From: Acidobacteriota bacterium
GTDB taxonomy: Bacteria; Acidobacteriota; UBA890; WLXD01
Reading direction: 5' to 3'
DNA length: 64,000 nucleotides
NCBI GenBank assembly: GCA_965248695.1
Contig: CBDFKD010000002.1
Span: 3,520,001-3,584,000 of the forward strand
This document shows, piece by piece, positions 29,804-39,993 of the stretch (position 1 is its first letter; each line of letters starts with the position of its first letter). The position numbers were made by a program, and so were the translations under genes. The notes beneath the pieces were generated by a model that worked only from the letters and a program-made list of their open reading frames with translations, was not told the DNA's origin and searched no databases.

Positions 29804-31588
29804 CTACCCAGCGTGCGTCGTTCTACCGCCGGCCACCGTTCGAGCCACGTCGATCTCCTTGATGGTGTCCGAATCGACCTCATGCGGATCGGCGGCGAGG
29901 ACCACGAAGTCGGCCAGCTTACCAGCGGTGATCGAGCCCTTGAGGCTCTCCTCGAACGACGCGTGGGCGCCGTTCATGGTGCAGATACGCAGCGCCTCGT
30001 CGACGCTGACCCGCTGGTTTGGTCCCCAGACGCGGCCATCGAAGTCCTTGCGCGTCACCAGCGACTGAATCGCCATCAGCGGCTCGTAGGGACCCGGGAC
30101 ATAGTCGGACGCCCCGGCAACCGGGATGTCGTAGTCGAGGAACGACCGGTGCGCGAACATCCAGCGCATCTTCTCCTCGCCGTACTCGACCCACTTGTTC
30201 CCGTGATAATGCACGTAGGTGTAGAACGGCGTCGGGATCGATCCGGTGGCTTTGATGCGACCCAGAAGCTCCGGGTTCACCAGCGAGCAATGCTCCAGGC
30301 GGTGACGCGGGTCCGGGCGCGGGAACTCGCGCTGCACGCGCTCGTAGGCGTTGAGCACCATGTCGATGGCGATGTCGCCGTTGGCGTGGATACCGACCTG
30401 GAAGTCATGTCGGTGGCAATCCTCCACCACCTCGTGGATGTCCTCCTGGGTCATCGTCAGGATGCCGAAGTCGTCGGGACGTCCCACATAAGGCGTGCTC
30501 ATGGCCATCGTGCGCTCCGAGGCGGAGCCGTCGGCGCCGAACTTAACCGCCCCGAGACGGAACCACTCATCGCCGAAGCCAGAGTAGAGCCCAGCGGCCT
30601 TGACCGACTCGTAAATAGCGCCCCGCATGAGCATGTAAACGCGACAACGCAGCTCGCCGGCGCGATAGGCGTCGCGGTAGGCGGTAGCCGTGGTAGCGCC
30701 GGATCCGGCATCGTGCACCGACGTCAGGCCCGACTGCGCCATCAGGCGCGTGATCAGCGCGACGCCCGCCTGGCGGTCCTCGCGCGTCGCGTCGCTGATG
30801 ATCAGTCCACTGAACACGGCGTTGGCGCGCTCGGCCACACGACCGGTCAGCTCACCATCCTCCCTGAAGAACCGCCCGTGATCAGGATCTGGCGTTGAAG
30901 CGGAGATCCCCGCGAGGTCGAACGCCTTGCTGTTGTACCAGGACGTGTGGCCGCCACGATGCGTGATGCGGACCGGATGATCGGGAACCGCTTCGTCGAT
31001 ATCTCGGCGGTGAAGCTGGCGCCCATCCGACACCTTGGTGTCGTCGTACTTGAAGGCCACCACCCATTCACCTGCCGGCGTCTGCTCGGAGCGCTGGCGC
31101 AGCGCATCCTGAATGGCGCGGATGCTCCGCAGGTCGACGTTGACGTTCTTGAGCTCGCGCAGCCCACCGCTGCCGGGATGCGAGTGCGCATCGATGAAGC
31201 CCGGGACCACGGTCATGCCGCCGACGTCGATGACCTCGACGCCGGGCCCGTTGAGGTTGTCGATGTCGTCGTTGCTACCGATGGCAACGAAGCGATCGCC
31301 CGATACCGCGAAGGCCTCGGCGCGCGGCATAGCATCATCGACGGTGTAGACGCGAGCGTTGCGAACAATGAAGTCGACCGGCATGGGGCCGCCGGTTTGC
31401 AGGGGCGCGGCGGCTCCTCGACGCAATTCTGACGCGGTCGCCTTCGAGTTGCCGGCACCGAGTCCCGCCGCAACGGCTCCGACTCCAGCTGCCCAGCCGG
31501 CACCGAGCCCGAGAAACTCCCCCCTCGTTAGGCGTTCCTTGTAGTCGTCGCGGTCGTGCGCCATGCTCGTCTCCGTCGTCTCTGCCAT
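29804..31588 (-). CDS. YtcJ-like amidohydrolase (family 3) with Tat-like leader
   Basis: PGFIDAHSH, KFGADGS, HANGD, RLEH, GSITAGKLADF; start could be 31564. Confidence 0.92.
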   Translation of the reverse strand: MAETTETSMAHDRDDYKERLTRGEFLGLGAGWAAGVGAVAAGLGAGNSKATASELRRGAAAPLQTGGPMPVDFIVRNARVYTVDDAMPRAEAFAVSGDRFVAIGSNDDIDNLNGPGVEVIDVGGMTVVPGFIDAHSHPGSGGLRELKNVNVDLRSIRAIQDALRQRSEQTPAGEWVVAFKYDDTKVSDGRQLHRRDIDEAVPDHPVRITHRGGHTSWYNSKAFDLAGISASTPDPDHGRFFREDGELTGRVAERANAVFSGLIISDATREDRQAGVALITRLMAQSGLTSVHDAGSGATTATAYRDAYRAGELRCRVYMLMRGAIYESVKAAGLYSGFGDEWFRLGAVKFGADGSASERTMAMSTPYVGRPDDFGILTMTQEDIHEVVEDCHRHDFQVGIHANGDIAIDMVLNAYERVQREFPRPDPRHRLEHCSLVNPELLGRIKATGSIPTPFYTYVHYHGNKWVEYGEEKMRWMFAHRSFLDYDIPVAGASDYVPGPYEPLMAIQSLVTRKDFDGRVWGPNQRVSVDEALRICTMNGAHASFEESLKGSITAGKLADFVVLAADPHEVDSDTIKEIDVARTVAGGRTTHAG

Positions 31589-31704
31589 GATCGGCCGCCT
31601 GGATACTAGCAGCCCCTACGCACAGATACCGGGGTGGCGGCGACGGCGCGCAACCGCGCGTCAGCCGACGCTGCAAGCAGCCTGGAAGTCCAACGAGGCG
31701 ACCC

Positions 31705-32946
31705 ATGAACCGGCGTTACGAGAGCTCGCGATCACACCGCATCAACCACCGATGGGCAGCGTCGCCCGGGCTTGTGGTCATCGTCTGCGCGGTCCTCGCA
31801 GCATGCGCCGGCGGCGACGCCAGCATGCCCGAACCAGCCGATTCGACGCCTTGGCCGACCGCCGGCTGGAGTCGATCAACCCCGGCCGAGCAGGGTATCG
31901 ACGGCGCCGCGCTTGCCGATCTCGACACGCGGCTGGCTGCCGGAGCGTACGGCAACGTCAATGCCGTCATGGTGACGCGCAACGGACGAGTCGTGGCTGA
32001 CTTTCGCTACGATCACGACTATGTCGCGGCCAGTGTTGGCTACAAGCACGAACCTCATCACTACAGCTACTACAACCCCATCTACCACCCGTTCCGTGAG
32101 GGCTCGGATCTACACACAATCCAGTCGATCACCAAGAGCGTGACCTCGGCGCTGGTCGGCATCGCCATCCACCGCGGCGAGATCGAGAGCACGGAGGTTG
32201 CGGCGCTGTCCTACCTCGCGGATCGCCAGTTCCCCGATCCCGACGGTGTGAAGGCCACGATCACGCTCGAAGACGCGCTGACAATGCGGCCGGGATTCGA
32301 GTGGGACGAGTTCACGCTGCCGTACACCGACGTGGGCAACGACGCGGCGCAGCTCGAGTCCTCGGACGACTGGGTCCAGTTCGTGCTCGACAAGCCGATG
32401 GCGACGGCGCCCGGTGAGACGTTCGTCTACAACAGCGGCAACTCGGTGCTGTTGTCGGCGATCCTCAAGGCCGCCACCGGCCTGCACGCCAACGAGTACG
32501 CCGAGGCGCACCTCTTCGGGCCACTCGGAATCAAGGACTATTTCTGGAAGACGATTCCCGACGGACTCACCGACACCGAGGGCGGCCTCTATCTGAAGAC
32601 CGAAGATCTGGCCAAGATCGGCTACCTGTACCTGCAGGACGGGATCTGGGAGGGCGATCGCCTGCTCCCCGAAGGCTGGGTCGAGCGCTCGGCGCGACCG
32701 TGGGTGTCGTTTGCCACTCCGGACAATCCTGACAGCAAGCGCGGCTACGGCTTCCAGTGGTGGATCATGAACGACGGAACCGGCGACGCGCCCATGCAGT
32801 ACGGCGGATCCGGGTACGGCGGCCAGTCGCTGATCATCGTCCCCGAGCTCGACCTCGTCGGGGTGGTCAACTCGTGGAACATCTACGAGGAGTCATACTC
32901 GGCCGCGGACGTGATCATCGACAACGTCATCCCGGCGGTGCGCTAG
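31705..32946 (+). CDS. Serine hydrolase (beta-lactamase-like) lipoprotein
   Basis: QSITKS, FVYNSG, YGFQWW, GYGGQ; lipobox LAAC. Confidence 0.9.
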   Translation: MNRRYESSRSHRINHRWAASPGLVVIVCAVLAACAGGDASMPEPADSTPWPTAGWSRSTPAEQGIDGAALADLDTRLAAGAYGNVNAVMVTRNGRVVADFRYDHDYVAASVGYKHEPHHYSYYNPIYHPFREGSDLHTIQSITKSVTSALVGIAIHRGEIESTEVAALSYLADRQFPDPDGVKATITLEDALTMRPGFEWDEFTLPYTDVGNDAAQLESSDDWVQFVLDKPMATAPGETFVYNSGNSVLLSAILKAATGLHANEYAEAHLFGPLGIKDYFWKTIPDGLTDTEGGLYLKTEDLAKIGYLYLQDGIWEGDRLLPEGWVERSARPWVSFATPDNPDSKRGYGFQWWIMNDGTGDAPMQYGGSGYGGQSLIIVPELDLVGVVNSWNIYEESYSAADVIIDNVIPAVR

Positions 32947-32989
32947 ACGACCGGCCGGCGGTCGGCCAGCCGCGGGCGCCAGCGCCCTT

Positions 32990-34933
32990 CTATGGCAACG
33001 TCAGCGCTACCCACTCCGACGGGCGGTCGCGCTCGCCGATCGGCACGAGGATGAACTGCTTGCCCTCGACCATGTAGGTCATCGGGCCGCCGGTCTGCGC
33101 CGCCGGCAGCTCGGTCTCCCAGATCACCTCCCCGGTGGCCTTGTCGAGGGCGCGGAAGTTGCGGCCATGCATCAGCTCCGGGATGCCCCCGAATACGTTG
33201 CTGCCGTCGCCGATGAACAGCAGCGTTTTGGTCACCAACGGAGTCGGTCGGCTGGCGATTCCCAGTGGCGGCAGATCGAGACCCTCCAGGAGCGGATGAT
33301 TCCGGGGCCCGTCGCCGTTGGCGATCGTCCATACATGCTCGCCGCGGTTGAGGTCCAGCGCCACGACGCGTCCCCACGGTGGCTTGATCAGCGGCAGACC
33401 GTCGATGTACGGCGCTTCACGGTTCGGGCTCCAGTAGTCCATCTCGGCGTCCTCGTCGTCGGCCTTGGCGAGGCGATAGACGCGCGGAATCGCGTGCGAG
33501 ACGGCGTAGTAGAAGCCGGTCTCCGGGTCGAACGCGCCGGTGTTCCAGTTCCCCGAGCCCCATGATCCCGGCACCATGAGCGTGCCCTGGGTTCCGCCGG
33601 GCGCATCACTGACCAGCGACGGGGGCGTGAAGATCGGACCGATGACGAACTGCTTGGCGAGCTCCCGGGCGCGCGCCTCCAGCTCCGGGGTGAAGTTGAT
33701 GAAGTCGTCGTCGGTGAGCCCGATGCGCGCGAACGGCGGCGGCTTGGTGGGAATCGGCTGGGTGGGCGAAGCCTGCTCTCCCGGCACCGTCGAGGGCGGC
33801 ACCGGCCGTTCCTCGATCGGCCACACCGGCGCGCCGGTGGCGCGGTCGAAGACGTACAGGTAGCCGGTCTTGCTCGGCTGCATGACGGCCTTGATCCGCC
33901 GCCCATCGACCATGAGATCACCCAGGGTGGCCGGCCCGACGGTGTCGTACTCCCACAGGTCGTGGTGCACCATCTGGAAGTGCCAGACGCGCTCGCCGGT
34001 CTTGGCGTCGAGCGCTACCAGGGCGTTGGAAAACAGGTTGTCACCCGGGCGGTGTCCACCGTAGTAGGCCGCGGTGGGTGCGCTGAGCGGAACGTAGACG
34101 TAGCCGAGATCCTCATCGGCGGATACGCAGCACCAGGAACCCAAATCACCGGAAAACGACCGCGAGTCGTCTCCCCAGCTGTCGGCGCCGAACTCGCCCT
34201 CCTGCGGCACGACGTGGAAGGTCCACAGCAGCTCGCCGCTGCGAACGTCGAAGCCTCGCACGTCTTCCGGCATGCTCTGCCGCCAGCGCATGCCGCTGTC
34301 GCCGGCTCCGTCGACATTGCCGGCGATGACCACTACGTCGCCGACGACGATCGGTCCGGAGGTCCACCGGAAGTTGCGCGCGCCCGTCGGCGTCAAGCTC
34401 ACGCGGCCGTTGTCGCCGAAGCCCGCAAACGGCTCGCCGGTGCGCAGGTCGAGCGCATACAGGTAGCCGCTGCGATTCGAGAACAGACGACGTTGCGAAT
34501 CGCCCTCCCAGTGATCCACCCCGCGCGTGCTCTGGGAGTTGCGCTCTTGCGCCATCTCCGGCGGCGGCTCCTGCTCCCAGATCGTCTTGCCGGTGAGGGC
34601 GTCGACGGCCACCACCAGACCGGCGGCGTTGGGCGCATACAGAACTCCGTCAATCATTGTCGGAGTGGAACGCAAATAGTTGCCGGTACGAAGCCTCGGG
34701 AATCGTTCCGCCAGCTCGGCATCGAGGCCCGGTCGACGCCAAACGATGCGCAGACTCTGGACGTTGTCGCGCGTGATCTGATCCAGCGGCGAGTACCGTG
34801 TGTAGGCGGAGTCTCCACCCGACGAGCGCCACTCGCCGCGTGAAGTCTCATCCTGTGCCCGCACCGCGACGCTGCCACCCATCGTCAGCGTGGCAATGAC
34901 CCCGACTCCAAGCAGTTTCTGTACAGGCGACAC
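32990..34933 (-). CDS. PQQ-dependent glucose/quinate dehydrogenase-like beta-propeller
   Basis: RYSPLDQITRDNV, WHFQMVHHDLWEYD, PPWG, PMTYMVEGKQF. Confidence 0.92.
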   Translation of the reverse strand: MSPVQKLLGVGVIATLTMGGSVAVRAQDETSRGEWRSSGGDSAYTRYSPLDQITRDNVQSLRIVWRRPGLDAELAERFPRLRTGNYLRSTPTMIDGVLYAPNAAGLVVAVDALTGKTIWEQEPPPEMAQERNSQSTRGVDHWEGDSQRRLFSNRSGYLYALDLRTGEPFAGFGDNGRVSLTPTGARNFRWTSGPIVVGDVVVIAGNVDGAGDSGMRWRQSMPEDVRGFDVRSGELLWTFHVVPQEGEFGADSWGDDSRSFSGDLGSWCCVSADEDLGYVYVPLSAPTAAYYGGHRPGDNLFSNALVALDAKTGERVWHFQMVHHDLWEYDTVGPATLGDLMVDGRRIKAVMQPSKTGYLYVFDRATGAPVWPIEERPVPPSTVPGEQASPTQPIPTKPPPFARIGLTDDDFINFTPELEARARELAKQFVIGPIFTPPSLVSDAPGGTQGTLMVPGSWGSGNWNTGAFDPETGFYYAVSHAIPRVYRLAKADDEDAEMDYWSPNREAPYIDGLPLIKPPWGRVVALDLNRGEHVWTIANGDGPRNHPLLEGLDLPPLGIASRPTPLVTKTLLFIGDGSNVFGGIPELMHGRNFRALDKATGEVIWETELPAAQTGGPMTYMVEGKQFILVPIGERDRPSEWVALTLP

Positions 34934-34942
34934 GTTCCTCTC

Positions 34943-35440
34943 CTAGCTCCCCGGTGGGCCGTCAGGATGTGGCTCACAAGCGGGCGGCTGCTCGACGCTC
35001 CAGGCCATCGCGAGGATGCGCCAGCCGGACTCAGTGCGCACCATTGTGAAGGTATCGACACCACAATGGGACCATTCCCCGTCCACATACAGATCGTAGG
35101 GGAGCCACACCGAGGCAATCGGTCCCGAGATGGAGACCTCGGGGTGGAAGCCTCGCTCGAGAATATCGGCCTGCGGCGTTTGCCCCCGTGATTCGGCCCG
35201 GGACCGAACCGAGTACCGCATCTCCCCATCGCGCTCGCCGACGCTGATCGTGATCGCGTCTTCGACCATCAAGTCGGTGAACGCGATCATGTCCTCGCTG
35301 CTAATCGCGGCCAGCGCAGCATCGGCAATCGCACGCACCCGCTCACGCTCGCCCGCAGCCTCCTGGGCGGTGGCCGGAAGGCTCGCCAGGATCAGGGCCA
35401 GGATCGAACAGATGCCGGGTAAGCGGGGTCGGGTCATCAT
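34943..35440 (-). CDS. Secreted NTF2/lumazine-binding-like protein
   Basis: Signal peptide; IASVWLPYDLYVDGEWSHCGVDTFTMVRTESGWRI. Confidence 0.85.
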   Translation of the reverse strand: MMTRPRLPGICSILALILASLPATAQEAAGERERVRAIADAALAAISSEDMIAFTDLMVEDAITISVGERDGEMRYSVRSRAESRGQTPQADILERGFHPEVSISGPIASVWLPYDLYVDGEWSHCGVDTFTMVRTESGWRILAMAWSVEQPPACEPHPDGPPGS

Positions 35441-35589
35441 CGTTCCTTCCGAGCTTCGGACAATCTTGTCGGGATGATCGCGCCGCCTGACGGCAGCGGA
35501 GCCAACGGTAGTTCGAGCTCGCCTCAGGCGGCAATAGCATCGTGCCATTCGTGCCCGCCTCGGGAGAGTCAGCCGCGAGGCGGCGTGCT

Positions 35590-35775
35590 CTATTCCGAGG
35601 CCTGCCCCGGTGCCAGAAAGCAGCGCAGGGCCTGCAACGGGTTCGGATACCGAAGACTCGGCGCCGCACGCTTCAAGGCCCGGACCTGCTTTCCGGACAA
35701 TGGCCTCCCAGTCTTCCAGTAGTCGGGCTCGAGGGAGTCTGGGCGTGTTCGCGCGAGGGTATGCTTGCGGATCAC
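35590..35775 (-). CDS. Possible 61-aa small protein or gene fragment
   Basis: GGAG 8 nt before GTG; mostly G/C-ending codons; occupies otherwise empty intergenic space. Confidence 0.35.
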   Translation of the reverse strand: MIRKHTLARTRPDSLEPDYWKTGRPLSGKQVRALKRAAPSLRYPNPLQALRCFLAPGQASE

Positions 35776-35806
35776 GATTCGTGCTCCGCCAACTCCTGGT
35801 GATTCG

Positions 35807-37078
35807 ATGCGCTACCTGAGTCGTTGTCTCGTCCCGCTGGTCACACTATCGCTCCTGCCGGTGCCCGCGATCGCGCCGGCGCAGGAAGACGTGACCGTTG
35901 TGCTGCGCGCCGCTCGCATGCTCGATGTCGTGCAAGGGCGCCTTATCGAGCCCGGCATTGTTGCTGTCGCCAACGGACGCATAAGCGCCATCGGCGAAGT
36001 GCCCGCCGGCGCCGATGTCATCGATCTCGGTGATGTGACGCTGCTCCCCGGCTTCATCGATCTGCACACCCACCTCGGGGGCGAGATCGACGCGGACGCT
36101 TTCGCGCGGGTGGTGCGGGAAACCGAAATCGATTCTGCGTTCAGGGCGGTTGCGAACGGGCGCAAGACGCTGCTCGCCGGCTTCACCACCGTGCGCGACT
36201 TCGGTGGCCAGGTGACCGTGGCGCTCAGTCGTGCCGTTGAGGCGGGTCGGGTGCCCGGTCCGCACGTGTTCCCTTCGCGCAACGCCATCGGCATCACCGG
36301 AGGCCACTGCGACGTCACCGGGCTCGCGCCCGGGTTGCTGGAGACCACCTGGCGCGACGGTATCGCCGACGGTCCCGATGAGGTGGTCAAGGCGGTGCGT
36401 TACCAGATCAAGCACGGCGCCAAGGTCATCAAGACATGCGCCACGGCGGGTGTCCTGTCATTCGAGGAATCCGTCGGGGCGCAGCAGTACACCTTCGAGG
36501 AGCTCCAGGCGATGGTGCAGGAGGCGGCACGGCACCACATCAAGGTCGCGGCGCACGCACATGGCACCGCGGGGATCCGCGCCGCGGTCGAGGCCGGGGT
36601 GGCATCGATCGAGCATGGATCAATCCTAGATACCGAGACCATCGAGCTGATGAAGGAGAAGGGGACCTATCTGGTGCCGACGACGTATCTGGTCGATGCG
36701 ATTGACCTGGACGTGTTGCCGCCGCCGATTCGAGCCAAGGCGGAGCTCATCCTGCCACTGGCGCGCGAGAGCCTGGCGCAGGCGATCGCGGCGGGCGTCA
36801 AGATCGGTTTCGGTACCGATGCGGCGGTCTACCCGCATGGTGACAACGCGCGCGAGTTCGCCGTTCTCGTGGAGCGCGGCATGGAGCCCATCGCAGCGCT
36901 ACGGTCGGCGACCATCGGCGCCGCCGACCTGCTCGGGGTAACCGATCGCGGCACCCTTCAGGTGGGCAAGCTGGCCGACATCATCGCGGTCCCGGGTAAC
37001 CCGCTAGAGGATATCCGCGCCACGGAGCATGTCTCGTTCGTGATGCTCGCAGGAACCATCGCCAAGCGCGGTGAGTGA
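35807..37078 (+). CDS. Secreted metal-dependent amidohydrolase (Xaa-Pro dipeptidase-like)
   Basis: PGFIDLHTH, GITGGHCD, AAHAHG, SIEHG, GTDAAV. Confidence 0.92.
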   Translation: MRYLSRCLVPLVTLSLLPVPAIAPAQEDVTVVLRAARMLDVVQGRLIEPGIVAVANGRISAIGEVPAGADVIDLGDVTLLPGFIDLHTHLGGEIDADAFARVVRETEIDSAFRAVANGRKTLLAGFTTVRDFGGQVTVALSRAVEAGRVPGPHVFPSRNAIGITGGHCDVTGLAPGLLETTWRDGIADGPDEVVKAVRYQIKHGAKVIKTCATAGVLSFEESVGAQQYTFEELQAMVQEAARHHIKVAAHAHGTAGIRAAVEAGVASIEHGSILDTETIELMKEKGTYLVPTTYLVDAIDLDVLPPPIRAKAELILPLARESLAQAIAAGVKIGFGTDAAVYPHGDNAREFAVLVERGMEPIAALRSATIGAADLLGVTDRGTLQVGKLADIIAVPGNPLEDIRATEHVSFVMLAGTIAKRGE

Positions 37079-37147
37079 CGCCGGGCTTGACACAACGTCA
37101 GGAGCCGCCCGGACGCGAGTGACCGCAAACTGAGCCACGGCGGCCTG

Positions 37148-38296
37148 ATGGACTACGCACCCAACCCGTTCATGCGACGCCATCCGTCCATCGAGGATAT
37201 GGCGCGCACGGCCGAACGACGCATTCCGCGATTCGCCTTCGACTACCTGCAGGGAGCCACCGGTCGTGAGGTGATCCTGGAGCGTAACCGCACCTGCCTC
37301 GACGCGGTGACGCTAACGCCGCGGTTCATGGTGGACGTGACCTCACTGGACCTGTCCACGGAGCTGTTCGGAACCCGCTACGAGCTGCCGTTCGGCATCG
37401 CGCCGGTCGGCCTGAGCGGTCTCATGTGGCCGGGCGCCGAGCGCATCCTGGCGGCCACCGCGGACAAGGCCGGGATTCCGTACTGCCTGAGCACGCTGTC
37501 GACCGTCGAGATGGAGGAGGTCGCCGAGATCGCCGGCTCGCGGGCGTGGTTTCAGCTCTACGTCACCAAGGACTCCGACGTGGCCGGCGACCTGGTGCGC
37601 CGCGCCGCCGATGCGGGTTTTGGTGCGCTCATCGTGACCGTCGACGTGCCGGCGTCGTCGCGCCGCGAGCGCGACATCCGCAACGGCCTTTCGTTGCCAC
37701 CACGAATCGGGTTGAAGACCATCTACCGCTCGTCGATCCGACCCGCCTGGCTGTTGCAGATGTTGCGCGCCGGCCGGCCGAAGTTCCGCAACGTAGCGCG
37801 TTACGCGCCCGCCGGCACGCAACTGGAGAGCTTCGTGATGGAGCAATTCCTCCTGCGACCGCTCTCCTGGAAGTGGATCGAGGCAATCCGCCAACAATGG
37901 TCCGGGCCGCTGGTGCTCAAGGGCATCCTCCATCCCGACGACGCCAAGCGAGCCGTCGATGCCGGCGCCGACGGCCTGATCGTCTCCAATCACGGCGGTC
38001 GCCAGCTCGACGCCGCCCCGACCCCGCTGGATGTCCTGCCGGCTATCCGCGACGCGGTCGGTGAACGCACGACTCTGACGGTCGACAGCGGCATCATGAG
38101 CGGCCTCGACGTTGCACGCTGTCTGGCGCACGGTGCGCAATTCGTTTTCTGCGGCCGAGCGTTCATGTATGGGGTGGCGGCGCTGGGCAGCGCAGGTGGT
38201 GATCAGACGGTAGCGATCTTGCGGGAGGGACTGAAGGACATCCTGACGCAGATCGGCTGTGCCTCCGTGAGGGAGCTGGACGCGCGCTGGCTCTAG
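37148..38296 (+). CDS. FMN-dependent alpha-hydroxy acid dehydrogenase (LldD-like)
   Basis: FDYLQG, WFQLY, LKGI, VSNHGGRQLD, DSGI. Confidence 0.93.
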   Translation: MDYAPNPFMRRHPSIEDMARTAERRIPRFAFDYLQGATGREVILERNRTCLDAVTLTPRFMVDVTSLDLSTELFGTRYELPFGIAPVGLSGLMWPGAERILAATADKAGIPYCLSTLSTVEMEEVAEIAGSRAWFQLYVTKDSDVAGDLVRRAADAGFGALIVTVDVPASSRRERDIRNGLSLPPRIGLKTIYRSSIRPAWLLQMLRAGRPKFRNVARYAPAGTQLESFVMEQFLLRPLSWKWIEAIRQQWSGPLVLKGILHPDDAKRAVDAGADGLIVSNHGGRQLDAAPTPLDVLPAIRDAVGERTTLTVDSGIMSGLDVARCLAHGAQFVFCGRAFMYGVAALGSAGGDQTVAILREGLKDILTQIGCASVRELDARWL

Positions 38297-38422
38297 TGGC
38301 CTGTAACAGATGATCGAGCACCGACGAGGCGCGAGGTGGCGGGTTAGAGTCGCCCTCAACCAGCCACGAGCAACGCGGCGCGCGTCGGCCGTTCGCCCCC
38401 GCGCCGATCCCGGAGTAGACCG

Positions 38423-39523
38423 ATGCAAGACCTCCTGGCGCAGACCTACTACGGCAACACCGTCAACGAGTGGGCCGCGGCGTTCGCCATAGCGGTAGCG
38501 GCGCTCGTCCTCGGCAAGGCGGTGTACTGGATATTCGGCAACGTCATTCGGAAGCTGACGCGTCGTACTGTCACCGAGCTCGACGACAAGCTGGTCGACA
38601 TGCTCGACTTACCAGTGGTGGTTGCGGTAACCGCGCTGGGAATCTGGGTGGCCATCCGAACACTGGTGCTCCCGGAGACCGTCATCGGTTTCGCCTGGGG
38701 CGCCATGCAGGTGGCGCTCATGCTTACCGTCGCCTGGATGGCAGCACGCGTCTTCGACGCTGTGACTCATGTCGTGCTCGAGCCGCTGGCCGAGGACACC
38801 GAAAGCGATCTGGACGACCAGCTGCTGCCGATCATCCGCAAGGGCGGCAAGGCAGCGATCTGGGCGCTGGGCATCATCGTGGCGCTCAACAACGCAGGCT
38901 ACGACGTGGCGGCGTTAATCGCCGGCCTCGGTATCGGCGGCCTGGCGCTGGCGATGGCGGCGCAGGACACGATCAAGAACATCTTTGGCGGCTTCACGAT
39001 CTTCACCGACCGGCCCTTCGGCATCAACGACTGGATCAAGGCAGGCGGCTTCGAGGGCACCGTAAAGGAGATCGGGGTGCGAAGCACCCGTGTGCAGACG
39101 TTCGCCGGCCGCGAAGTGACGATTCCCAACTCCACCATCGCCAACTCGCCGGTGGAGAATGTAAGCGGCGAGCCGTCCAGGCGCATCAAGCTCAACCTCG
39201 GACTCACCTACGACACCACGCCAGCGGCCATGCAAAGGGCGATGGACATCCTGCGCGAGATCGCCGCCGAACACGAAGGGCTACAGGCCCGCGAGCCGGT
39301 GGTCGCTTTCAACGCCTTCGGCGACTTCGCGATGAATCTCCTGTTCCAGTACTACATCCGTGCCGACGCCGACGTGGTGGAGACGCAGACGCGGATGAAC
39401 CTCGCGATCCTCGACCGCTTCAACGCCGAGGGCCTGGAGTTCGCCTTCCCGACACAGACGATCTACACGCAGCCCATGGACGTCGGCGACGCATCGCAGG
39501 AGGCGAGCGCCGGCACCGGCTAG
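38423..39523 (+). CDS. Small-conductance mechanosensitive channel (MscS family)
   Basis: AGLGIGGLALAMAAQDT, DRPF, IPNS, FAFPTQT. Confidence 0.93.
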   Translation: MQDLLAQTYYGNTVNEWAAAFAIAVAALVLGKAVYWIFGNVIRKLTRRTVTELDDKLVDMLDLPVVVAVTALGIWVAIRTLVLPETVIGFAWGAMQVALMLTVAWMAARVFDAVTHVVLEPLAEDTESDLDDQLLPIIRKGGKAAIWALGIIVALNNAGYDVAALIAGLGIGGLALAMAAQDTIKNIFGGFTIFTDRPFGINDWIKAGGFEGTVKEIGVRSTRVQTFAGREVTIPNSTIANSPVENVSGEPSRRIKLNLGLTYDTTPAAMQRAMDILREIAAEHEGLQAREPVVAFNAFGDFAMNLLFQYYIRADADVVETQTRMNLAILDRFNAEGLEFAFPTQTIYTQPMDVGDASQEASAGTG

Positions 39524-39565
39524 GCAGCCGATACACCGTGCCCGTACGTTGTAGGATTCGGCGCC

Positions 39566-39846
39566 GTGGATGAGGCGGACGCGCATCTGGGGGGGGGCAC
39601 GCCGAGCTGAGTCGCGATCTGGGGCTGGTGAGCGCCCTGGCGATCGGTACCGGCACGATGATCGCGGCGGGCATCTTCACGCTCTCAGGACTGGCGATCA
39701 GCTATGTCGGCTCTGCGGCCATCGCCTCGTTCCTGCTCGCAGCGCTGGTAGCCAGCCTGACGGCGCTGAGCTACTGCGAGTTCGCCTCGATCTACCCGCA
39801 GTCGGGCGAGGGTTACCTCTACGCTCGCAAGACGTTCTCGCCGCCG
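39566..39846 (+). pseudogene. Truncated APC amino-acid permease (N-terminal portion only)
   Basis: LSRDLGLVSALAIGTGTMIAAGIFTLSG...SYCEFASIYPQSGEGYLYARKTF then abrupt loss; G9 tract 39589-39597 puts the GTG 39566 start one base out of frame. Confidence 0.75.
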
Positions 39847-39850
39847 GCGG

Positions 39851-39934
39851 CCAGCCGACGCTCCGAACGTCGAGCTGGCCCACGTGGTGGTGAACTGGTT
39901 CGACGAGCTGCGGCGCCTGGCGCCGGTCCGGTGA
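39851..39934 (+). pseudogene. Orphan C-terminal fragment resembling the tail of Ser/Thr kinase-PD40 propeller proteins
   Basis: Manual translation PADAPNVELAHVVVNWFDELRRLAPVR*. Confidence 0.55.
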
Positions 39935-39993
39935 CGCTGTAGAACACCGCGTGGAGCGTAGCGACGGACCGAGGCCGATCTGGTAGCCGACGC

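Noticed and set aside
35530-35560. GGCACGA twice on the minus strand as a sigma54 promoter
   Set aside because: GG-to-GC spacing is not 10 nt.
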